This document shows, piece by piece, positions 19,497 to 32,499 of a DNA stretch of 64,000 nucleotides. The position numbers and the translations under genes are program-made. Source of the DNA: Candidatus Uhrbacteria bacterium. Its GTDB lineage: Bacteria; Patescibacteriota; Patescibacteriia; UBA9934. How positions within the stretch are numbered: the first letter of the stretch is position 1; every line of letters begins with the position of its first letter. The notes below the pieces were generated by a model. That model ran no database searches. It was not told the DNA's origin and worked only from the letters and a program-made list of their open reading frames with translations. The DNA lies in assembly GCA_943354605.1 (NCBI GenBank), contig CALRCK010000001.1, positions 84,936 through 148,935 of the forward strand, in the 5' to 3' direction.

Positions 19497-21994
19497 ACGG
19501 TGGTTGGGTGAAGAATAAGGTTTGACGTTCGTGCTTTTGGCCGGGTGTACCAGATCCATGCACCAAATCCGGCGCTCCCGAGTGCGAGCAGGGCAGCAGT
19601 CATCCAAAGTAGTGATGACGACGATGCCGTTGTTCCCGCGACTGTTGCGGACGAGATCGGCTCGTTGTTCTGCTGCTGCGCGACGTCGGCGGCGGATCGA
19701 AGAATGATGGTTTCTTGATCGCTGTGCTTCAGAATTCCTGTTGCGGTAATTGTTTGACCAGCAAGATCAGCCCACGCGATTGTTGCCCCGCTTCCTGCGG
19801 CGAGTTTGATCGTGCCAGAATTGGTATTCAGCAGTACGGCGTTGCCATCTCGAGCACTGACGGTTCCAGTAATGCGGGCAAGACTGCCGTACGGAAGCGT
19901 TGATGCGTAGTCGTGCACGATTGGTGTGGATTGATCGATGACCTCGACTGCGCCTTCTCGGACATTTACGCGACGATGATCAGTGAGCACACTCACTTTG
20001 CCGGCAACGGTGACACGGTCGCCGATCTTTACGTCGGCAAGATCGCCGCTCCGCTGATAGATTTCAAGACCGTCAAGGAAGAATGATCGCTTTCCGATCG
20101 TTCCCGGAGCCGCAACAACGATTCCGTCGATTGTTGCTTTTGCGCCATCGGTGAGCGTCGCGATGTCGTCGATGGTGATGGACCGTACAGATGACTTCGA
20201 TCGTGCTGAACTTTTCTTTACTGTTATTTTTGGTTTCGCAGTTTTCGATATCGCCGATGCGGTGTTTACGCTGTTTGCAATTGAAGCCGGATCAGCGGTT
20301 GCGACGCTTTGGACTGCGGCAACCACATGACGCGCGACAGTCGATGGAGCGCTTGATGAATGAGTTGATTCATAGGAATTGGTTGTGACTGTGGCCTGTT
20401 TGGTTGTCGTGACCGTTGTAGTGCCAGCATAAAGCGTTGGTGAGAGGGTTGGAATAATGGTTGTGGTGGTTTGCGGTGCTGTCGTTGTGCTCATGTTTTT
20501 CGCGGCTGGTGTTGGTGTCGCAGCGATCCACACTCCGTTGATCCGAGCGAGCGAAACATCTTTTTTTGGTGCAGGATGTGTTGCGTCGCCGTAGCTCACT
20601 GAATCAAGAGTTGTTGAGCTGTTCATCAATGTCACGCTATCGGCACCGTTATTGAGTTTACCGTTTGGATTTGGGATGAGGGTGTAGCTGCCTACGCCGA
20701 TTGTGCCACTGAGGGAGGTGACCTTTCCCGAGGCGTCAACGAGTGTGAGGCCGTCAATGAGTAAGGAAGCGTTCGTCATGTTTTCAAGCTCGACCCACTC
20801 GTCGTTTCCGGCGCTTGGTGATGGGAGAAGTTCGCTGATGATCACATCGCCGATCTTGGCGGTTGATGGTGGAGATGCCGGTACGTCGGGGGTTGGTGTA
20901 ACAGGTTTCGGTGACGAAATGATTGCTGCAGCAACAGGCTCAAGTGTTTTCATAGCGACGACTGAGACATTCACGACTGGAGTTTCAGCAACAGCCGGAG
21001 ATTCTGCCGCAACACCTGGGGTGTCGACGATAGTTGGAGCTTCTAGAATTGTCGGTGTTTCAATTGTTGACGTTGCGAGCTGTTCGTCGACAGCCGGAGC
21101 GGGAGTGTTTGTTGATGTTGAAGGTGAATCAGAAACAACAGGATCGATATCGACCGTTGGAGGGGCGCTCGGCTGCGAAGGAGTGGAATTGTCGAGCGAT
21201 GTATCGGCGACGTTCGCATCGGTAATCGCATCAGTTGGAACGGATGCTTGTGCATTTGTGACGACGGGTTCGACCGAATCCGATGTCACGAGCGTTTCGA
21301 TTGGCGCGGTTTCCGTTGCGGCGGGATCGGGGGCGGGAGATTCTGCAAGAACGGTATTGGGAGCAGGCGCTGTTGTTGCTGCTGAATCGGTTGTTGGCGC
21401 AAGCGGGATTGGATCAGCCGGGGGAGCGGTCGGCGACGCTGCTTCCACGGATGCTGATGTCGTGGCCGATGCATGGAAGATATTCGTTGATGCAGTTTCG
21501 GTGAACCACGTTCTCGATATTAGATCGCGTTTCATCGTAGAGAACGTGGTCGACGACCCAAAGTTCGGCGCGCCAGGATCAACGAGCGAATCGACGACGG
21601 TACCGGTAGCATCGACAAGTGCGACGTTTAGGCTCGAATTCGGGATACTCACGGTAGTGGTAACGAGATCGGGCTTTACGATGAGCGCTGTCTTTGGATC
21701 GGTCATCGAATAGTTCGCGACGAGGTATGCCGATCCAGCCGCGATTGAGCTCGCGCTCGGGATGGTGATCGCCGAACCGCTCGTTCCAACGCCGGTCAGC
21801 GACCAGCCGCTTACGTCGAGAGCTTGGGAACCAATGTTCCGGATTTCAATCCATTCATCAGCCGTCGATTTTTCCGATCCTGCCCACGCGATTTCCGAGA
21901 TGATTGCGCTTGGTGGTTCGGCCGCTCGGACATTGGGTAGAGCAGGCACAACGGACAACGCGAGGAGGAGTCCCAGGGCATATGAGTGTTTCAT
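19493..21994 (-). CDS. Lamin-tail-domain surface protein with S/T/P-rich linkers, OB-like folds and C-terminal TM anchor
   Basis: Two LTD motifs (IISEIAWAG..DEWIEIRN and IISELLPSP..DEWVELEN), a signal peptide and a C-terminal hydrophobic helix. Confidence 0.8.
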   Translation of the reverse strand: MKHSYALGLLLALSVVPALPNVRAAEPPSAIISEIAWAGSEKSTADEWIEIRNIGSQALDVSGWSLTGVGTSGSAITIPSASSIAAGSAYLVANYSMTDPKTALIVKPDLVTTTVSIPNSSLNVALVDATGTVVDSLVDPGAPNFGSSTTFSTMKRDLISRTWFTETASTNIFHASATTSASVEAASPTAPPADPIPLAPTTDSAATTAPAPNTVLAESPAPDPAATETAPIETLVTSDSVEPVVTNAQASVPTDAITDANVADTSLDNSTPSQPSAPPTVDIDPVVSDSPSTSTNTPAPAVDEQLATSTIETPTILEAPTIVDTPGVAAESPAVAETPVVNVSVVAMKTLEPVAAAIISSPKPVTPTPDVPASPPSTAKIGDVIISELLPSPSAGNDEWVELENMTNASLLIDGLTLVDASGKVTSLSGTIGVGSYTLIPNPNGKLNNGADSVTLMNSSTTLDSVSYGDATHPAPKKDVSLARINGVWIAATPTPAAKNMSTTTAPQTTTTIIPTLSPTLYAGTTTVTTTKQATVTTNSYESTHSSSAPSTVARHVVAAVQSVATADPASIANSVNTASAISKTAKPKITVKKSSARSKSSVRSITIDDIATLTDGAKATIDGIVVAAPGTIGKRSFFLDGLEIYQRSGDLADVKIGDRVTVAGKVSVLTDHRRVNVREGAVEVIDQSTPIVHDYASTLPYGSLARITGTVSARDGNAVLLNTNSGTIKLAAGSGATIAWADLAGQTITATGILKHSDQETIILRSAADVAQQQNNEPISSATVAGTTASSSSLLWMTAALLALGSAGFGAWIWYTRPKARTSNLILHPTTV

Positions 21995-22301
21995 AAAGGG
22001 TTAGACGCAGCGTGTTGCGCTGATCACACGCAATACATTCTGCAGAAATAAGCACGAGTACCCGCGGCAAACAAAATTCCCCACAAGCCCTTGTTCAGGG
22101 GTTGTGGGGAGTTGCTTGTACCTCCACAGTGCCATATTTGGTGTTCAGCTTCAAGAAGAATGCATGGGATAAATCATCCATTTTCATTCGCTAATCACCG
22201 AATTCATTATCCACGAACACCAAGAGTCGTCAGAAAAACCGCAAAAACTTCCGTTCCTCATTTTGCGAGAACTTCCAGGTTCGGTATGATGCTTTTCGCA
22301 T

Positions 22302-22386
22302 GGGTAGATGGTGGAATTGGTATACACGTATGCCTTAGGAGCATATGCAGCAATGCATGAGAGTTCGAGTCTCTCTCTACCCACCA
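22302..22386 (+). tRNA. tRNA-Leu(TAG)
   Basis: Anticodon arm TATGC-CTTAGGA-GCATA, long variable arm, GTTCGAGTC and CCA. Confidence 0.95.
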
Positions 22387-22395
22387 AAGAATTTT

Positions 22396-22962
22396 ATGAA
22401 CTGCATCATTATTCACGGCTGTCCGTCGGATGAGGAGAAGGCGATGAATCCGGAGACTCGGACGTTTGATAAACATTGGTTGAAGTGGTCGCAACGCGAG
22501 TTGATTGCTGCAGGAATTCCAACAGAGAATCCAATGATGCCGAATCCGTGGAAGCCCGATTACGAGGTGTACAAAAAAATATTCGAGCAGCATCACATCA
22601 ACGAGCACACCGTTCTCGTCGGGCATAGCTGTGGGAGCGCTTTTCTTGTTCGATGGCTTGGAGACACGAAGCGCAACATCGGCAAGCTGATCCTTGTCGC
22701 CCCATGGAAAATTCCAGACCCCACTGACGAATTGCGCATGGCGTTGTATACCTACGATATTGATGAAACCATCAAAGATCGGGTGAAAAAGATTGTAATT
22801 TTTACATCAGACAACGAGGAAGAAGATGGAAAAAAGAGTGCAGAGATTTTCCACAACGCTCTTGGCGGCGAAGTCATCAATCTTCCGAATCACGGACACT
22901 ATTGCCTGGACGACATGGGAACGGAAGCGTTTCCGGAGCTATTGAAAACAATTCTTGAATAA
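22396..22962 (+). CDS. RBBP9/YdeN-family alpha/beta hydrolase
   Basis: IIIHGC, VLVGHSCG, KLILVAPW, FTSDNE and HGHY. Confidence 0.85.
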   Translation: MNCIIIHGCPSDEEKAMNPETRTFDKHWLKWSQRELIAAGIPTENPMMPNPWKPDYEVYKKIFEQHHINEHTVLVGHSCGSAFLVRWLGDTKRNIGKLILVAPWKIPDPTDELRMALYTYDIDETIKDRVKKIVIFTSDNEEEDGKKSAEIFHNALGGEVINLPNHGHYCLDDMGTEAFPELLKTILE

Positions 22963-23054
22963 AAGTTTTACAAAACCAAAGCGCGGTCGCTCTCACAGGA
23001 TTGCTCCCGGAGTGCGACCGCGCCGTGCGTCTGCGGTGCGTTCAGCCTGACGTG

Positions 23055-23768
23055 TCAGATGCTCTTCGCGAAGTCCGTGAAGATCTCGCGGTACGCATCG
23101 ACCAGCGCCTGGCCGCCCTCCTGCTCCCGACGGAGCCGCCACTGCAGGGCGAGCGGATCGGTGAACCAGGCGGCGTGCGCTGCGGTGCCGAACGCCGCGT
23201 TCGCTGCCGTATAGGCCGCGTGGTCCGCGTCGTTCCAGTGCATCATCGCACCGTCGAACGTACTCGACGCCATCATCGCCTTGTCTGCCGCCGCTTCCGC
23301 CAGCCAGAGCTTGCGAAGTTCGGGCGGGACGGTCATCGTGAAGTCCTGGATGAGGAGGCCCAGGTACGTGCGGATCTCGACGAGCTTCTGCCGGTCTGCG
23401 AGGAGCATGGAGCCGAGCACGAACGGTTTCAGCTTGCGGTACGTCGCGCGCACGTTGGCCGGGTTCGAGAGGAACTTCCGCTCCTTCTCGCGCATGGCGT
23501 AGTCTGCGCCGTCGGCGTTCGGGTTGTCCTCGAGCATGTACACGTTGTACACGAGCATGTTGCTCGTTTCCGTGAGCGTGCCATGGCTGCACAGCGGCGA
23601 CCACCGCTCCTTGAATTCGGGGATTTGTGCAGCGACGGGGTCCGTGTCGCATCCGATGTTGAGCGGCAGACCGTGTCCGGTCATGAACGCATCGGCGACG
23701 TGCTCGGCGAGCTGCTCTTCGCGGGTGGGTGCGGTGGAGAAGGCGGAGGTGAGGAGGAGAATGAGCAT
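23055..23768 (-). CDS. GC-rich hypothetical secreted protein
   Basis: High GC3, short signal-like N-terminus, own TTGACT..TGCTAT promoter (about 23791-23820 on the minus strand) and a 3' hairpin at about 22981-23023. Confidence 0.7.
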   Translation of the reverse strand: MLILLLTSAFSTAPTREEQLAEHVADAFMTGHGLPLNIGCDTDPVAAQIPEFKERWSPLCSHGTLTETSNMLVYNVYMLEDNPNADGADYAMREKERKFLSNPANVRATYRKLKPFVLGSMLLADRQKLVEIRTYLGLLIQDFTMTVPPELRKLWLAEAAADKAMMASSTFDGAMMHWNDADHAAYTAANAAFGTAAHAAWFTDPLALQWRLRREQEGGQALVDAYREIFTDFAKSI

Positions 23769-23865
23769 GAGTGGCCCTGGGTTGCACAAAGAAAATAGCA
23801 AATATAAGCGAAAAAGTCAACTCTTTCGTTTGCGAAACGATTAATCTGCCGTATAGTGTTCCGGT

Positions 23866-24459
23866 ATGCGCGTTATTCTTGTTCACGGCTATAAGGCCAC
23901 ACCAAAAAGCGGATTTTTTCCGTGGCTTGAGCGTGAATTGCGGGCAAGAGACTTCGACGTGGTCATTCCGGAGCTGCCGAATCCCGAGGAGCCGGATCGC
24001 GATGTTTGGACGGAAACGCTTGTGAAAACGTGCGCGCCGCTGAAGGAGACTGATATCATTGTCGGCCATTCCCTCGGCGGTGCTGCGGCGTTGCGTATGC
24101 TCGAGGCTGCCGAGGCTCGATCGACCCCACACGCCATGGTGATGATCTCGACGCCATGGATGATCAAGGATGACAGGTTCCGTGGGTTCTTTATGTCCGA
24201 GCTCGATTTTGAAGTGCTCATGTGGCGTGCAAGTAAATTCGTCGTCATTCATGCGCAGAACGACCCAACCATTCCCGTGGACCACGCAAAGCGCTACGCA
24301 TCGGTCTTCCATGCAAAGCTCGTTACCCCAGAAACCGGGGAACATTTCCGAGGAGAAGAATACCCAATTATTTTGCAATCGATTTTAGAGGTTGCCGCAG
24401 AACCGATCGTTTACGAGCCAGGAAAATCACTTGCAGACGATTACGCAGAGATTCGATAA
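23866..24459 (+). CDS. RBBP9/YdeN-family alpha/beta hydrolase
   Basis: ILVHGY, FFPWL, IVGHSLGG, HAQNDPTIP and GEHF. Confidence 0.85.
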   Translation: MRVILVHGYKATPKSGFFPWLERELRARDFDVVIPELPNPEEPDRDVWTETLVKTCAPLKETDIIVGHSLGGAAALRMLEAAEARSTPHAMVMISTPWMIKDDRFRGFFMSELDFEVLMWRASKFVVIHAQNDPTIPVDHAKRYASVFHAKLVTPETGEHFRGEEYPIILQSILEVAAEPIVYEPGKSLADDYAEIR

Positions 24460-24501
24460 TCCGTCATTGCGAGGAGGGTAATCCCGACGCGGCAATCCAG
24501 G

Positions 24502-24590
24502 CTCAGTCATTCCGAGCGTAGGCGAGGAATCTCCGCAGGTGATCCGTGATAACCTGCGAGAGATTCTTCACTTCGTTCAGAATGACTGAG
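24502..24590. repeat. REP/REPIN-like palindromic repeat, preceded by a half element of a related family (GTCATTGCGAGG..GGCAATCC) at about 24462-24499
   Basis: CTCAGTCATT...AATGACTGAG ends. The right arm is identical to that of 7495-7577. Confidence 0.8.
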
Positions 24591-24611
24591 ATGCAGATTA
24601 AGTGATTTTCT

Positions 24612-25199
24612 ATGTTCACCGGCATCGTCAAAGGCCTTGGATCGGTAGCTGCGATTGATCGTCGCGAAGGTTTTTTGGATATGACGATCGATGTTGGGAG
24701 CGTTTTATCGATTCCCGAGATTGGTGCGAGTGTGGCGGTTGATGGTGTGTGTTTAACGGTCACCGAGATCGACGGAACGAATTTGAAGTTCTCGGTGATG
24801 GAAGAAACGCTTGAGAAGACGACAATCGGCGATCGGAATGTTGGCGATCGCGTTGGGCTTGAACAACCGCTAAAGATGGGCGATGAACTTGGCGGCCACA
24901 TGGTGCTCGGCCACGTTGATGGCGTTGGGACGATCGTAAAAAAGGACATCGACGGCGAGAACTGCTGGGTGACGATTACGGCGCCGAAGTTTTTTACAAA
25001 ATATATTGTGCAGAAAGGGAGTATCGCGATCGACGGTGTCAGCCTCACGGTTTGCGATCCTGCGATGAAGGATGGGGGAGTCGAATTCTCCGTCTCGCTT
25101 TTGCCACTAACGCTTTCGTTGACGACGCTCGGTTTTAAGAATGTTGGTGATCGCGTGAACCTGGAGGCTGATTACGTACTGAAGGCGATGATAAAATAG
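24612..25199 (+). CDS. ribE: Riboflavin synthase (alpha chain)
   Basis: MFTGIV, GASVAVDGVCLTV, GGHMVLGHVDG and KGSIAIDGVSLTV. Confidence 0.95.
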   Translation: MFTGIVKGLGSVAAIDRREGFLDMTIDVGSVLSIPEIGASVAVDGVCLTVTEIDGTNLKFSVMEETLEKTTIGDRNVGDRVGLEQPLKMGDELGGHMVLGHVDGVGTIVKKDIDGENCWVTITAPKFFTKYIVQKGSIAIDGVSLTVCDPAMKDGGVEFSVSLLPLTLSLTTLGFKNVGDRVNLEADYVLKAMIK

Positions 25200-25662
25200 A
25201 ATCGAAAACGATTTTTTGATATACCAAGTTTAATAATCGACCATATTTTTTCGCTCCGTTGTAAGCCTCTCCAAATTCGCCAATAGTAATTTTTGGTTTT
25301 AAGGAAAATATTTGTCGAATTTTCTTTAAGGCCGATCGGATAAGTTGTTCGTCAGAAAGGTTTGAATTTTCGTTCGCGAATGTTTTTATTTGTGCGGGAC
25401 CAAGGGTCATCGACGCATGCACTTGAAAATATCGGAGCAGACGAAAAACCATTTTTTCCAAAAACCTTATCCGCGCTGGGCGAAAGTAATTTTCTACACG
25501 AAGAACTGCCTCAAATAACAAAGGATCTACAAAGAAGTCTGCAGAGAGGCGATCGCCACAGTCTAGAACCCCCTTCTCAATAGGATTAATAAAAACTAGG
25601 AGAGAAAGCCTTTCTAGTTCCTCGGATTTTAATGAGATAGCAGTGAAGTCATCTTTTTCCAT
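25135..25662 (-). CDS. AT-rich hypothetical protein with possible lysozyme/transglycosylase-like fold
   Basis: AVLRVENYFRP, TLGPAQIK and AYNG motifs occur in SLT-like order. Confidence 0.5.
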   Translation of the reverse strand: MEKDDFTAISLKSEELERLSLLVFINPIEKGVLDCGDRLSADFFVDPLLFEAVLRVENYFRPARIRFLEKMVFRLLRYFQVHASMTLGPAQIKTFANENSNLSDEQLIRSALKKIRQIFSLKPKITIGEFGEAYNGAKKYGRLLNLVYQKIVFDSILSSPSVRNQPPGSRDHQHS

Positions 25663-26153
25663 ACGCAGTTGATAGCCGCAATCATCGCAGTAACCCAAAT
25701 GCCGTCAATGAGAACGTGGTTTGAAGAAGGAAGAAGAGAGCCATTAATATTTCCAATAATCCAATCGCCAAAAGTAAATCCAATACGACTCGCGAAGCCG
25801 TAGTATGTAGTAAAGAGAATTAGAATAATCAAAAGCTCGGTTCTCTTGTTCTGTTCGATTACTCGGAATGGAGTCAGTTCTTTATTCAGCGCCAATGGAA
25901 TCAAGATGTATAAAGGAAAGAAAAGACCAACGCCAATAGCTACGGCATCCGAGTATCCAAGTTTTAAATAGTTTAATGTGATTGAAAATATAATGCCCAC
26001 AATTACTGGCAGCGACAGCTTTGCGAGTTTTATGAACACACTTCTCTCTTCAAAACCCGTAGTTAATTCATGAATTGAAAAATAACCCTTCTGTAAACGA
26101 AATAGTCCAAAGTTTATAACTGACCCGGTCACTATTAAGGCCAAATCCCACAT
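25629..26153 (-). CDS. AT-rich hypothetical multi-TM membrane protein
   Basis: About 5 hydrophobic segments. Overlaps the next gene by 34 nt. Confidence 0.65.
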   Translation of the reverse strand: MWDLALIVTGSVINFGLFRLQKGYFSIHELTTGFEERSVFIKLAKLSLPVIVGIIFSITLNYLKLGYSDAVAIGVGLFFPLYILIPLALNKELTPFRVIEQNKRTELLIILILFTTYYGFASRIGFTFGDWIIGNINGSLLPSSNHVLIDGIWVTAMIAAINCVWKKMTSLLSH

Positions 26154-26170
26154 AAATATTTGCTTACGAT

Positions 26171-26593
26171 TTAATAATGATACGTCACCCCATGATTGAT
26201 AGTGCAGGCGCGGTAGAGTTGTTCGAGGAAGAAAAGGTGGGCCATGTCGTGGGTGGTGGTCATGGGGGAGAGGGAGAGACGGAGGGCGGCGCGGGTTTTG
26301 AGGCTTTCCGGGAGGCCGCGGGGGCCGCCGAGGACGACGGTGATGTGGTTACCGAGGTCCTCGTGAGCCTTGAGGAAGGCGGCGAAGGATTCGCTGCTGT
26401 GTTTTGGGCCGATAGCGTCTAGAACGATGAGGATATCGCCTGCGGGAATGGCGTCGTCTACATCGTCGGCGGATTTGACGATTTTTTCCGTCATCATGAC
26501 GAATTTTTTCAGCCGAAGGCGAAAATCATCCCCAATTGCTTGAAAAGGGCCTCGGGGGAGGGTGCCAACGGTGATGAGGGTAAGTTTGATCAT
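26171..26593 (-). CDS. rlmH: 23S rRNA m3Psi1915 methyltransferase RlmH
   Basis: KLTLITVG, VLD..G....SESFA, VLGGPRGL, LSLSPMT..H and EQLYRA.TI..G..YH. Confidence 0.9.
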   Translation of the reverse strand: MIKLTLITVGTLPRGPFQAIGDDFRLRLKKFVMMTEKIVKSADDVDDAIPAGDILIVLDAIGPKHSSESFAAFLKAHEDLGNHITVVLGGPRGLPESLKTRAALRLSLSPMTTTHDMAHLFFLEQLYRACTINHGVTYHY

Positions 26594-26657
26594 AAGGGCG
26601 AATCTTAGCGCAGAAACCGATGTGGAACAATGGTGGATAGTTCGGATACGGATTTTC

Positions 26658-26686
26658 TTGACAGTCACTCCGCAGTCCTATACCAT
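26658..26686 (+). promoter_or_regulatory. Sigma70-type promoter of the 23S-5S operon
   Basis: TTGACA-17nt-TACCAT. Confidence 0.7.
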
Positions 26687-26830
26687 TTCGCCCACATTGA
26701 GCCTGTGCGGAAACGTCCGCTTTGGAGATGTAGCGCTGAAGTTTTCTTGAGCTCTAACCTCCGAACTTTCACAACTGAAGATTGCAAATAGAGAAAAACG
26801 TACTGATGACGATAATGATCGGGACGCACA

Positions 26831-26934
26831 TATTTGGTGATAGTTTCGGTGCGCAACGAGCAAAGCTTTTGAAACGTACTTCATGTGTACGTTGAAAAAG
26901 TTTGCGAAGGTGCAAGCCGAAAATAGCCCAAATA
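26831..26934 (+). repeat. ~110-nt structured hairpin repeat, copy 3 of 3, in the pre-23S leader
   Basis: Homologous to 16150-16268, with compensatory substitutions. Confidence 0.85.
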
Positions 26935-26963
26935 GGGGCGGACCGCATTGTCAGCAATCAGTG

Positions 26964-29998
<3,035 letters not shown>

Positions 29999-30070
29999 CA
30001 CTGATTGTTCTCGGAAACGAGTAACAATACGTTCTTCACTATTTGCAGAAACTGATCGAAAGGATCCTCC

Positions 30071-30181
30071 GTCTTGGTGGCACTTCCGGCAGGGCAACAC
30101 CCGTTCCCATCCCGAACACGGTCGTTAAGCCTGCACGGGCCGATGGTAGTCAAGGTGGCGAGAGTAGGTGGCCGCCAGGAC
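30071..30181 (+). rRNA. rrf: 5S rRNA
   Basis: CACCCGTTCCCATCCCGAACACGG..GTTAAGC..GCCGATGGTA..GAGAGTAGG, with paired ends. Confidence 0.95.
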
Positions 30182-30257
30182 AGAGAACCCTTTCACAGTC
30201 AGGAACAAACCGAGCCCCAGTGGCTCGTTTTTGTTTTGCCGAGTAAAATATGTTCGT

Positions 30258-30914
30258 ATGAAAACTATCGTTATCACCGGCGCGGGCCGAGGTATTGGTC
30301 GCGCGCTCGCCGAACGCTTCCTCGAGAATGGTGATTTCGTTATTGGAACATCGACTTCAGGTGTTTCTCCGATCGAACACGAACGATTACTGATGCTCCA
30401 GCTCGACCTCGCGAATCCAAAAAGCATCGAGGCGTGCACGAAAGCAATCATCGATTCCGGAAAGAAGATTGACGTTCTCATTAATAACGCAGGTATTTGG
30501 TCGGGAATTGAGGGCGATCCGATTATTCGTCTTGATCTTTTGCGAAAAACGCTCGAGGTGTATCTTTTTGGAACGATCGATTTTACTGAACGATTGATTT
30601 TGGTCATGAATAAAGGCGGCCATATTCTGAACATCTCATCGAGTTCAGGATCGATGGGGCACACATATCATTCCGATTATCCCGACTACAAAATTTCCAA
30701 AGCAGCGCTGAACATGGTTACGCGTTGCCTCGCGCTTCGTTTGGACGGCAAGATTATCGTCTCTTCCGTCCATCCAGGCTGGGTAAAGACTGACATGGGT
30801 GGCGCAGACGCCGATATTGAGCCTGAAGAGGCCGCGGAAGACATCTTCACACTCGCAAACTCGCGTCCAGAAACTGGACAGTTCTGGTTTAAGGGCGAGA
30901 AATTTCCGTGGTAA
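30258..30914 (+). CDS. Short-chain dehydrogenase/reductase
   Basis: TGAGRGIG, LINNAG, YKISKAALN and HPGWVKTDMG. Confidence 0.9.
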   Translation: MKTIVITGAGRGIGRALAERFLENGDFVIGTSTSGVSPIEHERLLMLQLDLANPKSIEACTKAIIDSGKKIDVLINNAGIWSGIEGDPIIRLDLLRKTLEVYLFGTIDFTERLILVMNKGGHILNISSSSGSMGHTYHSDYPDYKISKAALNMVTRCLALRLDGKIIVSSVHPGWVKTDMGGADADIEPEEAAEDIFTLANSRPETGQFWFKGEKFPW

Positions 30915-30932
30915 AAGCAAAATCGACCAATA

Positions 30933-31328
30933 TTATCTGATCTTTGGCATCTCTGTCGGAAGAGTCGCTCCACCGAGTGGCTTCACTCTTCGTTCGAATT
31001 CGCTCACCACCTCATTGTTTCTCTCTTGGTACTCAAGCCACAATTCACGCAATCCTTCTACTTCAGGAATGATGCTCGCATATCCATCTGCGTAAGGGTC
31101 TGGACCTTCCGAATGACCAAAGACATGTTTCTCATCAAGCCATGCTTGTTTCGCTGAATTGCCAAGCGTTCTTGCCTCGATTTGGATATCCGGCCGCACG
31201 TCAAGCATTTTTGCCAAAAGCGCCAATCGTCCGTTGCTCGATTGATTTTTTGTATATTCTTGCAAATATTTTTCAGCGATTTCGCGCATCTGCACCTTTT
31301 CGTCTTCTGATAAAGTGAATTTCGTCAT
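30933..31328 (-). CDS. Hypothetical protein
   Basis: Plausible 131-aa ORF filling an intergenic gap. Confidence 0.6.
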   Translation of the reverse strand: MTKFTLSEDEKVQMREIAEKYLQEYTKNQSSNGRLALLAKMLDVRPDIQIEARTLGNSAKQAWLDEKHVFGHSEGPDPYADGYASIIPEVEGLRELWLEYQERNNEVVSEFERRVKPLGGATLPTEMPKIR

Positions 31329-31438
31329 AGATTTTAACAGCGAATGGAATCAAGCTACATGTATTGTACTCACTACCCCCAATTTCGCCACTGGTTATTA
31401 ACAAGGGTTTACGCTGAATTCAAGTATAATTCTCGCAT

Positions 31439-32473
31439 ATGTCCCAGCGCGATCTTCTAAATCCTCCAGAAAAAACAAATGAACAGATTATTTCGGAAGC
31501 AGTTGGGGAGTTGAAGGGATTTGGTTCTGCAGAGGTTCAACGGTTCCAGAAGGATAGCGACCCTCGTCAGACGAGTCCTGAAAGTTTAATAAAACCCTTT
31601 AAGAAGTTGGCGTTTCCGAACGAAGGACCCCGCGAGCTGACGTTTTTTGGTGTAACTCATGGAGAAACGGAGTCGATTACAGAGTTGCGGACAGATCTTC
31701 GTGAGAACGTCCTATCACAGCAGGATCCAGAGAAGATCGCATTCATGATCGAGGGGCGCCACAGCGATACGCCATATGATCGTGAACAGGCGCTGAAGGA
31801 TATGGAAGGCGTAAGTTCGATCGATGAAGCGATTGAAAAATTTGGTGAATCCGGTGTTGCGTTGTGGTGCGTGGCCGATTACGCACGACGAGACCCGCCA
31901 ATCACCGTGGAAATTTCGTCTCCAGAAGCATCGGAAGCAGATATTGCGAATTCGCTAAAGTCTGAGTTCGGAGCTGACGACATTGCTGCATATCTCACGC
32001 TTCGGCAATGGACGACGGAGCTTGGCACAAGAAGAAGTGGAGACTACTCAGTGTTGGAATTTGCAAAGCAAGCGTTTCATTTTTCGGAAGTATCTGGCGT
32101 GGACTGGATTCGTGATAAGAAAACAGAGAGTGAAATTCGTGAATTGATGAAAGATTCGGAAAAATTTCAAGAATATGGAAAGCTCGTCGGCCAACAGTTT
32201 CTTGATGGGCTGAATGTAAAACTTGGATTGTCGATAACTTTGGAGCAGCTTCGAGATCGAAAAGCTGACGATGCGCTAATGAAAGAGATTAATACGCCTT
32301 CGGGTGCCGTAGGCGGAGTCGGTGCTCGATGGAATACCGAGCGTGATAAATTCCTCGTAAAAGAAATCGGCAACGCCATGATTCGTGGAAAGAGGCCGTA
32401 CGTCATTTTTGGGGCATCTCACGCCGTTCACTGCGAGCCCGCGCTTCAGAAACTTGCCGAACTCGCCAAATAA
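31439..32473 (+). CDS. Hypothetical protein
   Basis: 344-aa ORF with a TATAAT -10 box just upstream. FFGVTH..MIEG..RD..IFGASH pattern suggests a TraB/Tiki-like metal site. Confidence 0.7.
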   Translation: MSQRDLLNPPEKTNEQIISEAVGELKGFGSAEVQRFQKDSDPRQTSPESLIKPFKKLAFPNEGPRELTFFGVTHGETESITELRTDLRENVLSQQDPEKIAFMIEGRHSDTPYDREQALKDMEGVSSIDEAIEKFGESGVALWCVADYARRDPPITVEISSPEASEADIANSLKSEFGADDIAAYLTLRQWTTELGTRRSGDYSVLEFAKQAFHFSEVSGVDWIRDKKTESEIRELMKDSEKFQEYGKLVGQQFLDGLNVKLGLSITLEQLRDRKADDALMKEINTPSGAVGGVGARWNTERDKFLVKEIGNAMIRGKRPYVIFGASHAVHCEPALQKLAELAK

Positions 32474-32499
32474 CGCCCACGTGCTACCATTTCTGCACT

